Part shown: positions 29,325 to 38,428 of the stretch, piece by piece | Layout: each line of letters begins with the position of its first letter | How positions within the stretch are numbered: position 1 is the stretch's first letter | NCBI GenBank assembly: GCA_963704885.1 | Contig: CAVPIB010000007.1 | Span: 96,001-160,000, forward strand | DNA from: an uncultured Actinomycetes bacterium | GTDB lineage: Bacteria > Actinomycetota > UBA4738 > HRBIN12 | Direction: 5' to 3' | Length of the DNA: 64,000 nt | Made by a program: the position numbers and the translations under genes | The notes under the pieces: generated by a model | Seen by the model: only the letters and a program-made list of their open reading frames with translations | The model's database searches: none | Told to the model about the DNA's origin: nothing

Positions 29325-30229
29325 GCGGGGTCGCCTCCGTCTCCGCCGTAGAACGTGAGGAAGATGTCCTCCAGGCTCGGCTCGTGGCTCTGCACATCCA
29401 AGACCTCGAAGCGGGCGGCGGCTTTCACCAAGGCGTCCATGGACCCAGCCACCGAGCAGCGGACCACGTCGCCATGCACCTCCAGGTCACGGACCCCCGA
29501 AAGGCTAGAGAACACCTCGGCAGGCACCGGGTGAGCGAAGTGCAGGTCGACCACGCGAACGGCCCGGGCCTTGAGTGCTCCAACGTCCTCGACGGTGATC
29601 AGGCGACCTTCGCGGATGATGCCGACCCGGTCGCACATGCGCTCGACCTCCGGGAGGACGTGGGAGGAGAGGAACACGGTCTGGTCCGACGCTCGCGCTT
29701 CAAGGACGAGCGCGTGGAACACCTGCTGCATGATCGGATCGAGCCCCTGCGTCGGTTCGTCCAATATCAGCAAGGGCGGCCGGTGCATGAACGCTTGTAT
29801 CAACCCCAGCTTCTGCTTGTTGCCGTGGGAGAGCGACTCGATCTTGAGCGACAGGTCGGCCTGGAGACGCTCGGCCAGCGATCCGATCCGTTCGTTCGCC
29901 ACGCCCCCCCGCAGCTCGGCTAGGAACTCGAGGTAGTCCCGGCCCGTCATCTGCTCGTACAACGAGAACTCTCCCGGGAGATAGCCGACCAGGCGGTGGA
30001 TCTGGACGACGTCCCTCTGGGGATCCAAGCCCATCACGGTCGCTTGGCCGGAAGTGGGTCGGATGAAGTCCAGCAGCGTACGTATCGTCGTCGTCTTCCC
30101 CGCGCCGTTGGGTCCCAGGAATCCGAACACCTCACCGGTCCCGATCGACATGGTCACGTCGATGATCCCTCGGCTGGATCCGTAGGACTTCGTCAGGCCC
30201 GTCGTCGAGATGACGGGGTCGGCTCTCAA
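29321..30229 (-). CDS. ABC transporter ATP-binding protein
   Basis: GPNGAGKTT, LSHGNKQK, ILDEPT, SSH; TTG 30229 overlaps the FNT stop. Confidence 0.92.
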   Translation of the reverse strand: MRADPVISTTGLTKSYGSSRGIIDVTMSIGTGEVFGFLGPNGAGKTTTIRTLLDFIRPTSGQATVMGLDPQRDVVQIHRLVGYLPGEFSLYEQMTGRDYLEFLAELRGGVANERIGSLAERLQADLSLKIESLSHGNKQKLGLIQAFMHRPPLLILDEPTQGLDPIMQQVFHALVLEARASDQTVFLSSHVLPEVERMCDRVGIIREGRLITVEDVGALKARAVRVVDLHFAHPVPAEVFSSLSGVRDLEVHGDVVRCSVAGSMDALVKAAARFEVLDVQSHEPSLEDIFLTFYGGDGGDPA

Positions 30230-31104
30230 CGATCCTGCCGCAGGTAGACGAACCAGTACACGAGCCCGACGAGGCAGGCGCCACCAACGATGTTGCCGAG
30301 CGTGGCGGCTGCAAGGTTGTTGGCCAGTCCCGCCAGATCGAGGCTCGACAGTTGATCGTTCGTCAGTCCGGCCGTCTGCGCCAGGCCGGGCTGGTCCTTG
30401 ATGAGCATCCCCATGGGGATGAAGTACATGTTCGCGATGCTGTGTTCGAACCCGGCGGCCACGAAAGCGCTGATGGGGAAGATGATCGCGATGATCTTGT
30501 CGAACACAGTGCGGCCGCCCACGGCGAGCCATACCGCGAGGCAGACCAGCGCGTTCGCCAGGATGCCGCGCACGAAGACGACGCCGAACGGCAGACCGGC
30601 CTTCGTTGCAGCCGTGGTGAGAGCCGTGGCCCCGACACCGCTTTCGGCCTGCTTCCACCACTCGGCCAACCAGACCATGACTGCGATGCTGAGCGCACCT
30701 ACGGCGTTCCCGGCGAAGACGATCGCCCAATTCCTGAGGAGCCGTCCGACGGTGATGTTCCGGCTCACCAGGCTCATGACGATCAGGTTGTTCCCGGTGA
30801 ACAGCTCGGCCCCCGCCACCACGACCAGGATCAGCCCGAGCGAGAATCCGATGCCCGCCAACCACCTGGTGGGCCCGAAGCCCAGGTTCGAGCCCGTCGA
30901 GATCGTGGTCGAAAGCACGGCGCCCAGTCCGATGAACGCGCCGGCCAAGACCCCGAGAACGAAGGTCGCTACGGTAGGCGCGTTGGCCTTGGCGACGCCG
31001 CGCGTTTGGACTAGCTGCGCGATCTCATTGGGCGCGAACGCGTCCATCCCGGTCATGGGGTGCTCGGGTCCGGGCATGCTCATGCTGTGATGTAACCGCA
31101 TCAT
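30226..31104 (-). CDS. Formate/nitrite transporter (FNT) family channel; true start may be 31056
   Basis: LAGAFIGLG, GAELFTGNN, GILANALVCLAVW, FVAAGFEHSIANM, TLGNIVGG. Confidence 0.92.
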   Translation of the reverse strand: MMRLHHSMSMPGPEHPMTGMDAFAPNEIAQLVQTRGVAKANAPTVATFVLGVLAGAFIGLGAVLSTTISTGSNLGFGPTRWLAGIGFSLGLILVVVAGAELFTGNNLIVMSLVSRNITVGRLLRNWAIVFAGNAVGALSIAVMVWLAEWWKQAESGVGATALTTAATKAGLPFGVVFVRGILANALVCLAVWLAVGGRTVFDKIIAIIFPISAFVAAGFEHSIANMYFIPMGMLIKDQPGLAQTAGLTNDQLSSLDLAGLANNLAAATLGNIVGGACLVGLVYWFVYLRQDR

Positions 31105-31146
31105 GAGGGTGAGCGCCAGGTGACGAACGGCCCCGCGACGGTGGGA

Positions 31147-32565
31147 CTACGGGCCGAGGTTGTATCCCATGCGCCGGGGCAGGTGCGCCACGAAGTCGAC
31201 GATCGGGCTCGGCTCCTCGTCACGATCCTCCAGCTCGTCCTTGCGCCAGATCGCCTTGTTGGCCACATAGGCTCCGGGCGACCGCACCGGCTCTGGCGGG
31301 AACTTCATCGGCTTTTCGGTGACGACGGGCAGCGACAACAGCTCACTCGACCGTCCGAGGGTGAGCGCGGCCAAGATCTGCCCGCCCAGATGTGATGGAC
31401 CCACCCCGTTGCCGGTGTAGCCGTGGCCGTAGTGAACGGTGCCGCCGTCGAGAGAACCGAAGAACGGGATGTGGTGCCCGGCCACGTCGATCGGACCGCC
31501 CCACGCCGCCTCGATCGGCACGTCCTTGAAGGACGGGAACATCCGGTGCAGATCCTCGGCCGCCACGCCAACCGCACGCTCGTCCCACGCGAACCGCGGC
31601 CCGATCGTGCGTGCCAGCCCGGGCTGCATCCCGCCGACCCCGAACGCGATCCGCCCATCCGGTGTGGTCCGCACGTAGTGCAGCGCGGCCCGGTGATCCC
31701 ACAGGCCCATGCCGTTGGTCCAGCCGAGCTCCTCGAGCTTCTCCGGCACGGGCGCGGTGAGCGCGATGTAGCTACCGCGAACCGTGAGCACCCGGCGGAA
31801 GCGCTTCCAGCGCGCGGCCCAGGCGTTGAGAGCCACGACGGCAGACCCGGCTCTCACCGTCCCCTTCGGTGTCTCCGCGATCGAAGGGGAGCCGGCGCCG
31901 AACCGCGACACCGTCGTTTGCTCGTAGATCCTCACCCCCCTTTCCAGCAGAACGCGGCGAACCCCCCGGGCCAGCCTGGCCGGCTGCACCGTGGCGCCCG
32001 TCGGTGTGAAGATCCCTCCGTGCAACCGCGGAGTGTCGATCAGCTCGCGAACCCCCTGGCGGTCCATCACTCGGAATAGGTCGGGGAGGCCCAGTCGGTC
32101 GGCGATCATCACGTTGTCCGCCCAGTAGCCGATCTGAGCCTCAGAGCTAGCGGCTCCCAGCTCCCCGTCGCGGCGGAACCAGGCGTCGATGGAGTTCGCT
32201 GCGCAGAACTCGCCGATCGAGTTCACGCTCTCCTCGCCCGCCCTGCAAAGAGCGAGGGTCGACGCTTCGCCGAACCGGCTGCACAGCCCTGCGAGAGCGC
32301 TCCACCAGCTGTTGACGAAGCCACCGTTGCGTCCGCTGGGGCCGCCGCCGCAGATGTCTTGTTCCAGCAGAACGATGTCGAGGTCGGGCTCCGCTTCCTT
32401 CAGGAAGAAGGCCGTCCACATCCCTGTGTAGCCGCCGCCCAGGATGACGACGTCGGCGGTCGTGTCACCGGTGAGCGGAGGGGCAGGCTCACCGGGGTCG
32501 GCCGCAAGCGCGTCATGGAGCCACCAGCTGCGTCCCGCATCGGGTGGAAGCTCGGTCGTCTTCAA
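31147..32565 (-). CDS. FAD-dependent oxidoreductase (DAO/PuuB-like)
   Basis: ADVVILGGGYTGMWTA, GPSGRNGGF, VQPARLARG, AWGGPID, GYTGNGVGPS; AGGAGG RBS before TTG 32565. Confidence 0.85.
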   Translation of the reverse strand: MKTTELPPDAGRSWWLHDALAADPGEPAPPLTGDTTADVVILGGGYTGMWTAFFLKEAEPDLDIVLLEQDICGGGPSGRNGGFVNSWWSALAGLCSRFGEASTLALCRAGEESVNSIGEFCAANSIDAWFRRDGELGAASSEAQIGYWADNVMIADRLGLPDLFRVMDRQGVRELIDTPRLHGGIFTPTGATVQPARLARGVRRVLLERGVRIYEQTTVSRFGAGSPSIAETPKGTVRAGSAVVALNAWAARWKRFRRVLTVRGSYIALTAPVPEKLEELGWTNGMGLWDHRAALHYVRTTPDGRIAFGVGGMQPGLARTIGPRFAWDERAVGVAAEDLHRMFPSFKDVPIEAAWGGPIDVAGHHIPFFGSLDGGTVHYGHGYTGNGVGPSHLGGQILAALTLGRSSELLSLPVVTEKPMKFPPEPVRSPGAYVANKAIWRKDELEDRDEEPSPIVDFVAHLPRRMGYNLGP

Positions 32566-32666
32566 GGTTCCCCTCCTGGGCTGCGCTGAGGATAGCAACG
32601 CCTGATCGGCCAACCGCCCCGGTTGGTACGGTGTGAGCCCCCCAAACACTCAGGAGGCCGTGGCAT

Positions 32667-34343
32667 ATGGCAGACGATCGTCCCCGGAGCTGGGAAGTCA
32701 CGGAGGGGCCACAACGCGCACCGGCACGCGCGATGCTCCGCGCCGTCGGGTTCTCCGAGGAAGACTTCGGCAAGCCGCAGATCGGGGTCGCGTCGTCCTG
32801 GAACGAGGTCACGCCCTGCAACTACCACTTGGACAAGTTGGCGGCGCTAGCCAAAGAAGGCGTGCGTCAGGGTGGCGCGGTCCCCGTCGAGTTCACGACG
32901 ATCGCCGTCTCCGACGGCATCGCGATGGGTCACGAAGGGATGAAGGCATCGCTCATCAGCCGCGAGGTGATCGCTGATTCGGTGGAGCTCATGATGCACG
33001 CGGAGCGATTCGACGGGCTCGTGGGGATCGCCGGATGCGACAAGTCCGAGCCGGCCATGTTGATGGCGATGGCCCGGTTGAACCTGGCCTCGGTGTACCT
33101 GTACGGAGGCACGATCCTCCCCGGCACGTATCGAGGTCGCGACATCACGATCCAGGACGTGTTCGAGGCGGTCGGCGCGCACAACAGCGGAACGGTGAGC
33201 GACGACGAGCTTCTGCAGATCGAGCGAGCGGCCTGCCCCACCACCGGTTCGTGCGCCGGCATGTATACGGCGAACACCATGGCGGCGGCGGCCGAGGCGC
33301 TCGGCATGTCTCTCCCCGGCGCGGCCTCACCTCCCGCCGTGGACTACCGCCGCGAGGTCCTGGCCCGTGAGTCGGGCATACGTGCCGCAGGGCTCCTCTC
33401 CCAGGACGGTCCGCGCCCTCGTGACATCCTGACCAAGGCAGCATTCGAGAATGCGATCGCGGTCGTGATGGCGCTCGCTGGATCTACCAACGCGGTGCTG
33501 CATCTGTTGGCGATCGCCCATGAGGTGGACGTTCCGCTGGAGCTCGACGATTTCGACCGGATCTCGCGGGCGGTTCCCCATCTCGTCGACGTGCGGCCCG
33601 CGGGGAAGTTCGTCATGTCGGACCTCGATCGCGTCGGGGGTGTTCCGGTGGTGATGAATGAGCTGCTCGACGCCGGTCTGCTCGACGGCGATGCGATCAC
33701 GGTCACCGGCAAGACCATCGCCCAGAACCTGAAGTCGATCGCCCCCCCCGCGCCCGACGGCACCGTCGTCCACGCGATCGCGGAGCCGATCCACCCCACG
33801 GGCGGCACGGCCATCCTCCGAGGTTCGATCGCCCCCGACGGCTCGGTCATGAAGATCGCGGGGGCCGAGGGCGCCGTGTTCCGCGGAACGGCGCGCCCGT
33901 TCGATTCGGAGCAGGACGCTTTCGCAGCGCTCACGGCTGGTCGCATAGGTCCCGGCGACGTGATCGTGATCCGCTACGAGGGACCCAAGGGTTCACCCGG
34001 CATGCCCGAGATGCTCGCCGTCACCGCGGCGGTGGCCGGCGCCGGGCTGGGCAAGGATGTCGCTCTCATCACGGACGGCCGGTTCAGCGGCGCCACCAAG
34101 GGGTTCTCGGTGGGCCATATCGCGCCGGAGGCGTTCGTAGGCGGCCCGATCGCGCTGGTGAACGACGGCGATCAGATAGTGATCGATGCCGATGCGCGCC
34201 GGATCGATGTGATGGTCGATCAGCCCACGCTGGCCGAGCGCCGAGCGGCGTGGACGGCGCCCCCACCTCGCTACACCACCGGTGCCCTTGCGAAGTACGC
34301 GAAGCTGGTCGGATCGGCCGAGCACGGGGCGGTGACGGGATGA
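32667..34343 (+). CDS. ilvD: Dihydroxy-acid dehydratase
   Basis: [59 protein letters not shown]. Confidence 0.96.
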   Translation: MADDRPRSWEVTEGPQRAPARAMLRAVGFSEEDFGKPQIGVASSWNEVTPCNYHLDKLAALAKEGVRQGGAVPVEFTTIAVSDGIAMGHEGMKASLISREVIADSVELMMHAERFDGLVGIAGCDKSEPAMLMAMARLNLASVYLYGGTILPGTYRGRDITIQDVFEAVGAHNSGTVSDDELLQIERAACPTTGSCAGMYTANTMAAAAEALGMSLPGAASPPAVDYRREVLARESGIRAAGLLSQDGPRPRDILTKAAFENAIAVVMALAGSTNAVLHLLAIAHEVDVPLELDDFDRISRAVPHLVDVRPAGKFVMSDLDRVGGVPVVMNELLDAGLLDGDAITVTGKTIAQNLKSIAPPAPDGTVVHAIAEPIHPTGGTAILRGSIAPDGSVMKIAGAEGAVFRGTARPFDSEQDAFAALTAGRIGPGDVIVIRYEGPKGSPGMPEMLAVTAAVAGAGLGKDVALITDGRFSGATKGFSVGHIAPEAFVGGPIALVNDGDQIVIDADARRIDVMVDQPTLAERRAAWTAPPPRYTTGALAKYAKLVGSAEHGAVTG

Positions 34344-34355
34344 CGACGGGATGAC
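34334..34355 (+). repeat. 11-bp tandem duplication at the ilvD/thrC junction
   Basis: gacgggatgac-gacgggatgac. Confidence 0.8.
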
Positions 34356-35598
34356 CTCCAAGATCACCTCCCCCCAGGCGTTGCAGTGCCGTGAGTGCGG
34401 CCAGCAGTACGCCGTCGAAGCCCTGACGATCTGCGAGGAATGCTTCGGGCCACTCGAGCCCGCCTACGACCTGCAATCGATCGACGGCGAGGTCTTCCGC
34501 AAACAGGCTGAGTCCGGTCCGCGAACGCTCTGGCGCTACGAGTCGCTGCTGCCGGGCGGGCCGACCATCGAGCGCGTCGACTTGGGTGCCGGGTTCACAC
34601 CGTTGCGCCGGGCCGACAACCTGGCTGCGCGCATGGGCCTGGAGACGCTCTGGATCAAGGACGACTCCGTCAACCCGTCGAACTCGTTCAAGGACCGCGT
34701 GGTGTCGATCGCCGTGACGATGGCACGCGAGTTCGGCTTCGAGGCGGTCTCGTGCGCGTCCACCGGCAATCTGGCGAACGCCACCGCGGCCCATGCCGCG
34801 AAGGCGGGCATGGACTGCTACGTCTTCGTCCCCGATGACCTGGAGCGCGCGAAGATCCTTTCGACCGAGGCGTACGGCGCGAAGGTCGTGGCCGTCAAGG
34901 GCAACTACGACGAGGTGAACCGACTCTGCAGCGAGGTCGCGGACGCCCTCCCGTGGGCGTTCGTGAACGTGAACATGCGTCCGTACTACGCCGAGGGATC
35001 GAAGAGCCTTGGGTTCGAGACTGCTGAGCAGCTCGGCTGGCGGCTGCCGGATCACGTGGTGGTTCCGATCGCGAGCGGCGCGCTGCTGACCAAGATCCAC
35101 AGGGCGTTCAGCGAGCTGATCGCCGTGGGTGCCGTGGACGAGAAGCCCTACCGGGTGAGCGGTGCTCAGGCCGAGGGGTGCTCACCGGTCGCTCGCGCGT
35201 TCATCGACGGAGCCGACGACGTGCGGCCCATGAAGCCCGATACGATCGCCCGGTCGCTCGCGATCGGCGCTCCCGCCGACGGTTTCTACGCTCTGCAAGT
35301 GAGCCGCAAGACCGGCGGCTCGATCGGCCTGTGTCCCGAGGAGGAGATCGTCGACGGCATCCGGCTGTTGGCCGAAACCGAGGGTGTGTTCACCGAGACC
35401 GCAGGCGGCGTGACCATCGCGGTTCTGAAACGCATGGTCGACGAGGGTGTGATCCGCCCGGAGGAAGAGGTCGTCGCCTACATCACCGGCAACGGCTACA
35501 AGACGATCGACGCGCTGGAGGGGCGGATCGAGCCTAGCTTCCACGTCTCGCCCGACCTGGACGAGTTCCTCGACGCCCTGGAGCATCGGTCGGCCTGA
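34351..35598 (+). CDS. thrC: Threonine synthase(-like), with N-terminal CxxC..CxxC
   Basis: CRECG..CEECFG, NPSNSFKDR, CASTGNLA, YYAEGSK, TETAGG, ITGNGYKT. Confidence 0.85.
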   Translation: MTSKITSPQALQCRECGQQYAVEALTICEECFGPLEPAYDLQSIDGEVFRKQAESGPRTLWRYESLLPGGPTIERVDLGAGFTPLRRADNLAARMGLETLWIKDDSVNPSNSFKDRVVSIAVTMAREFGFEAVSCASTGNLANATAAHAAKAGMDCYVFVPDDLERAKILSTEAYGAKVVAVKGNYDEVNRLCSEVADALPWAFVNVNMRPYYAEGSKSLGFETAEQLGWRLPDHVVVPIASGALLTKIHRAFSELIAVGAVDEKPYRVSGAQAEGCSPVARAFIDGADDVRPMKPDTIARSLAIGAPADGFYALQVSRKTGGSIGLCPEEEIVDGIRLLAETEGVFTETAGGVTIAVLKRMVDEGVIRPEEEVVAYITGNGYKTIDALEGRIEPSFHVSPDLDEFLDALEHRSA

Positions 35599-35705
35599 CG
35601 GGTATCACGGAACCGTCGCGTAGATCCGGCAGTGCGCTGCCTCGACGCCGGACAGGGACACGAACGGGGCGAAGAGTGTGAACCGATCCGCGCCTATCGC
35701 TCCCA

Positions 35706-35867
35706 TCCGGCCACCTGTCGGTGGACCTTGCCGGCGAGCATGCGGAGCTGGGACCCGGGATGGCCTTCCACGCATTGCCGAACCAGAAGCACAAGGTGCA
35801 GGCGGTGGAGGACACGCAGGTCATCAGCTGCAAGCACGTCATCGAGGGGGTCGGGCACAAGATCTGA
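35706..35867 (+). pseudogene. 5'-truncated cupin-domain gene remnant
   Basis: Reads SGHLSVDLAGEHAELGPGMAFHALPNQKHKVQAVEDTQVISCKHVIEGVGHKI* (cupin motif 2). In-frame stop at 35679-35681 and no N-terminal HxH motif. Confidence 0.55.
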
Positions 35868-36030
35868 CGGCGGATCCGCCAGGATCGTGGTCGGGTCCTC
35901 CCGCTCCTACGGGCCCCGTCGCCGGACGTCGTCAGGGGGCGGGCTGGCGGCTTCGCGCAGGAGGTAACGACCCGCCCTGGCCGATCACGGCCCGGACGAG
36001 CCATCCACGCACCTTCGTGATCTCCAGCGC

Positions 36031-36150
36031 CTACGTGGTGTTGAAGATGAAGTCGTACTCCGTCCCGCTTGTCATGCCAGGTGAGCTGATCGCCCGTGGG
36101 CTCCGCGCCTGCGCCACCATCCCGATGACGAGCACGACCACGGCAGCCGG
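36031..36150 (-). pseudogene. Internally deleted paralog remnant of the adjacent allene-oxide-cyclase-like gene
   Basis: AAVVVLVIGMVAQA resembles the neighbour's AVAIVAVLVAGYVAQA and is joined to SGTEYDFIFNTT*, resembling its DGSGYEFIFRVLA*. Confidence 0.5.
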
Positions 36151-36253
36151 TACGGTTGACCGCGAGCCGTCTCCAGACCCTCCCTCGAACGATGCATGGA
36201 GCGGAGCTTGCCACGAAGGGTTGATCGCGCGCCGACGGATCGATCTGAGGCGG

Positions 36254-36718
36254 CTACGCGAGCACCCGGAAGATGAATTCGTACCCGGAGCCGTCCGGGA
36301 GGGCCTTGATCTGCATGCTGCCCCCCGCTCCCTTGTACTTGCCCCGACCACCTGTGATCACCATGACGCTGTCGTGGCTGTCGAAGAACGGTCCCTCGAT
36401 AGTGATGGCGCCGCCCTTGAGGAAGTTGATCCAGCGGCACTCCCAGGAACCGTCGGTCGGGTTGATGCGGATGCAGTCTCCCTGGTCGCGTCCCACCTTT
36501 TCGACGTTCGCCTCGTCGTAGAGCTCGTTGGCGAACGTGAGCAGATCGCCGGTGGAGTCGCCCGTAGCACCCAGATCGATCACGATGTCGGTGGTGGCGC
36601 GCTCGATCACGTGGATAACCGTGGCCTTACGGCGGTGGCCGGTTCCGGCCTGCGCGACATAGCCGGCCACGAGCACGGCGACGATGGCGACGGCCGCGAT
36701 CATGGAGTTCTTCCGCAT
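36254..36718 (-). CDS. Secreted allene-oxide-cyclase/dirigent-like beta-barrel protein
   Basis: Signal peptide; GDSTGDLLTFANELYD, VGRDQGDCIR, WEC.W, ITGGRGKYKGAGG; RBS AAGGAG. Confidence 0.75.
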   Translation of the reverse strand: MRKNSMIAAVAIVAVLVAGYVAQAGTGHRRKATVIHVIERATTDIVIDLGATGDSTGDLLTFANELYDEANVEKVGRDQGDCIRINPTDGSWECRWINFLKGGAITIEGPFFDSHDSVMVITGGRGKYKGAGGSMQIKALPDGSGYEFIFRVLA

Positions 36719-36843
36719 GGCGTGTCTCCTTCCGGATGGGTGGCCCAGCTTGACAGCCGGACCCGGTTCCCGTCTAGCGCCTCATCTTGCATTCCTGATC
36801 GGAACAGAACAAACTCGCTCCCGTTCGGTCACGGGCGTCAGCC

Positions 36844-37677
36844 GTGTCGGAAGGGGGCAGGAAGCCGTTGGAGCAGCCGTTGCCGGCGGAACGGCATCGC
36901 AGGATCCTCGAGGTCGTGCGTGAGCGCCATGCCGTAAGGGTGTCCACGCTGTCCGAGCTCCTGGGCGTCTCGGAGGTGACCGTCCGCCGAGACCTCGAAG
37001 ATCTCGAGCATCGAGGACTGTTGGAGCGGACCCACGGAGGAGCTATCTCCACCCAGCGGCTCGGGGCAGAGCCGGCCTACCTCGAGGCCTCCCACAGGTG
37101 CGCTCCGGAGAAGATCTCGATCGGTCGAACCGCGGCGGAGTTCGTTCACGCCGGGGACACGGTCTTCCTGAACGGCGGAACGACCACGCTGCAGGTATTC
37201 CGGCATCTTGAAGGGGTCGATGTCCGCGTCGTCACGAATCATGTCGGGATCGCCTCCGAGGCGGCCGATCGCGATATCGATCTGATCGTCATCGGTGGGG
37301 AGTATCGAGCTCCGTCCAACTCCTGCGTGGGGAGCTTCGCCACCCAGATGTTGAGGGGCGTCTTCGCCTCTCGCTCGCTCATCGGCGTCGAAGGGCTCAG
37401 CATCCGCTCCGGGCTGACCACGCCCGCGGCACCCGAAGCCGAGGTCGCCCGCGTGATGATCGAACAGACGCAGGGCCCGGTGATCGTGGTCGCCGATTCA
37501 AGCAAGATCGGGACGATCGCAGACTTCTCGATCGCCCCGCTCGATGTCATAACCATGCTAGTGACCGATGCAGGTTTGGACGACGCGTACCGCGACGAGC
37601 TCGACGCCGTCGGTGTCGAAGTCGTGATCGCCGGCCGTGCGCCGATCCGAGCAGGAGCGGGCCGTGGAGAAGGCTGA
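36844..37677 (+). CDS. DeoR/GlpR-family transcriptional regulator
   Basis: ERHRRILE..LGVSEVTVRRDLEDL..RTHGGA; LNGGTTT; VVTN; VADSSKIG. Confidence 0.93.
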   Translation: MSEGGRKPLEQPLPAERHRRILEVVRERHAVRVSTLSELLGVSEVTVRRDLEDLEHRGLLERTHGGAISTQRLGAEPAYLEASHRCAPEKISIGRTAAEFVHAGDTVFLNGGTTTLQVFRHLEGVDVRVVTNHVGIASEAADRDIDLIVIGGEYRAPSNSCVGSFATQMLRGVFASRSLIGVEGLSIRSGLTTPAAPEAEVARVMIEQTQGPVIVVADSSKIGTIADFSIAPLDVITMLVTDAGLDDAYRDELDAVGVEVVIAGRAPIRAGAGRGEG

Positions 37678-38428
37678 GTTCGAAGCCGAGGCCGTCCGGC
37701 TCGTGGACGCCGCGAATGCGCAAGGGATCACGCTGCGGCTCCTCGGCGCGCTCGCGTTCGCGACACGGTGTCCCGATCACGCCTATCTGCAGGATCAACT
37801 CGGGCGGGTCTACACCGATATCGACTTCGGCGGATACGGGAAGCAGGTGCGCCAGATCCAGGAACTGCTCGCGAGTCTCGGCTACGTCGAGGACACCGGG
37901 GTCTACGTCGAGTCTCAGGGCACGCGCCTGATCCTGGAGCACCCCGAGACGAAGCTTCACCTGGACGTGTTCCTGGATCGGCTCGACTTCTGTCACACCG
38001 TCTCGTGGAACGGCAGGCTGGAGATCAACGACCGGACCATCCCGCTCGCCGAGATGCTGTTGCAGAAGATGCAGATCGTAGAGATCAACGAGAAGGACCT
38101 GATCGACACGATCATGCTCTTGCTCGAATACCCGCTCGGGGAGGACGACGACGGCCGGGTCAACATGGCGCTCGTGGCCGACATCTGCGCCAAGGATTGG
38201 GGATGGTGGCGCACGCTCACGATGAACCTGGACAAGGTGCGGCAGATGGCAGCGAGCTATCCCCAGCTCACCGACGAGCAGAAGGACCGCGTGGCCGATC
38301 AGGTGACCGCGGCGCTCGACCGGATCGAGGCCACGCCCAAGAGCTTGGGATGGAAGCTGAGGAGCCGCGTGGGCGACCGCAAGAAGTGGTACCAGGACGT
38401 CGGTGAGCTGGCGCCGGAGGTGGGCTGA
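37664..38428 (+). CDS. Pol-beta-superfamily nucleotidyltransferase-like protein of unknown function
   Basis: RLLGALAF...YTDIDF...LDVFLD catalytic-triad pattern; KMQIVEINEKD; overlaps neighbours on both sides. Confidence 0.6.
   Translation: MEKAEFEAEAVRLVDAANAQGITLRLLGALAFATRCPDHAYLQDQLGRVYTDIDFGGYGKQVRQIQELLASLGYVEDTGVYVESQGTRLILEHPETKLHLDVFLDRLDFCHTVSWNGRLEINDRTIPLAEMLLQKMQIVEINEKDLIDTIMLLLEYPLGEDDDGRVNMALVADICAKDWGWWRTLTMNLDKVRQMAASYPQLTDEQKDRVADQVTAALDRIEATPKSLGWKLRSRVGDRKKWYQDVGELAPEVG

Noticed and set aside
29321-30865. Long N-terminal extensions on the ABC ATPase (also on ORFs called from 39015, 7348, 12089 and 17757)
   Set aside because: The extensions are low-complexity Arg/Gly/Pro shadow translations of upstream genes or leaders; true starts with RBS or overlaps lie downstream
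35678-36937. 419-aa plus-strand ORF
   Set aside because: Antisense shadow of the AOC-like gene and intergenic remnants; no recognisable motifs
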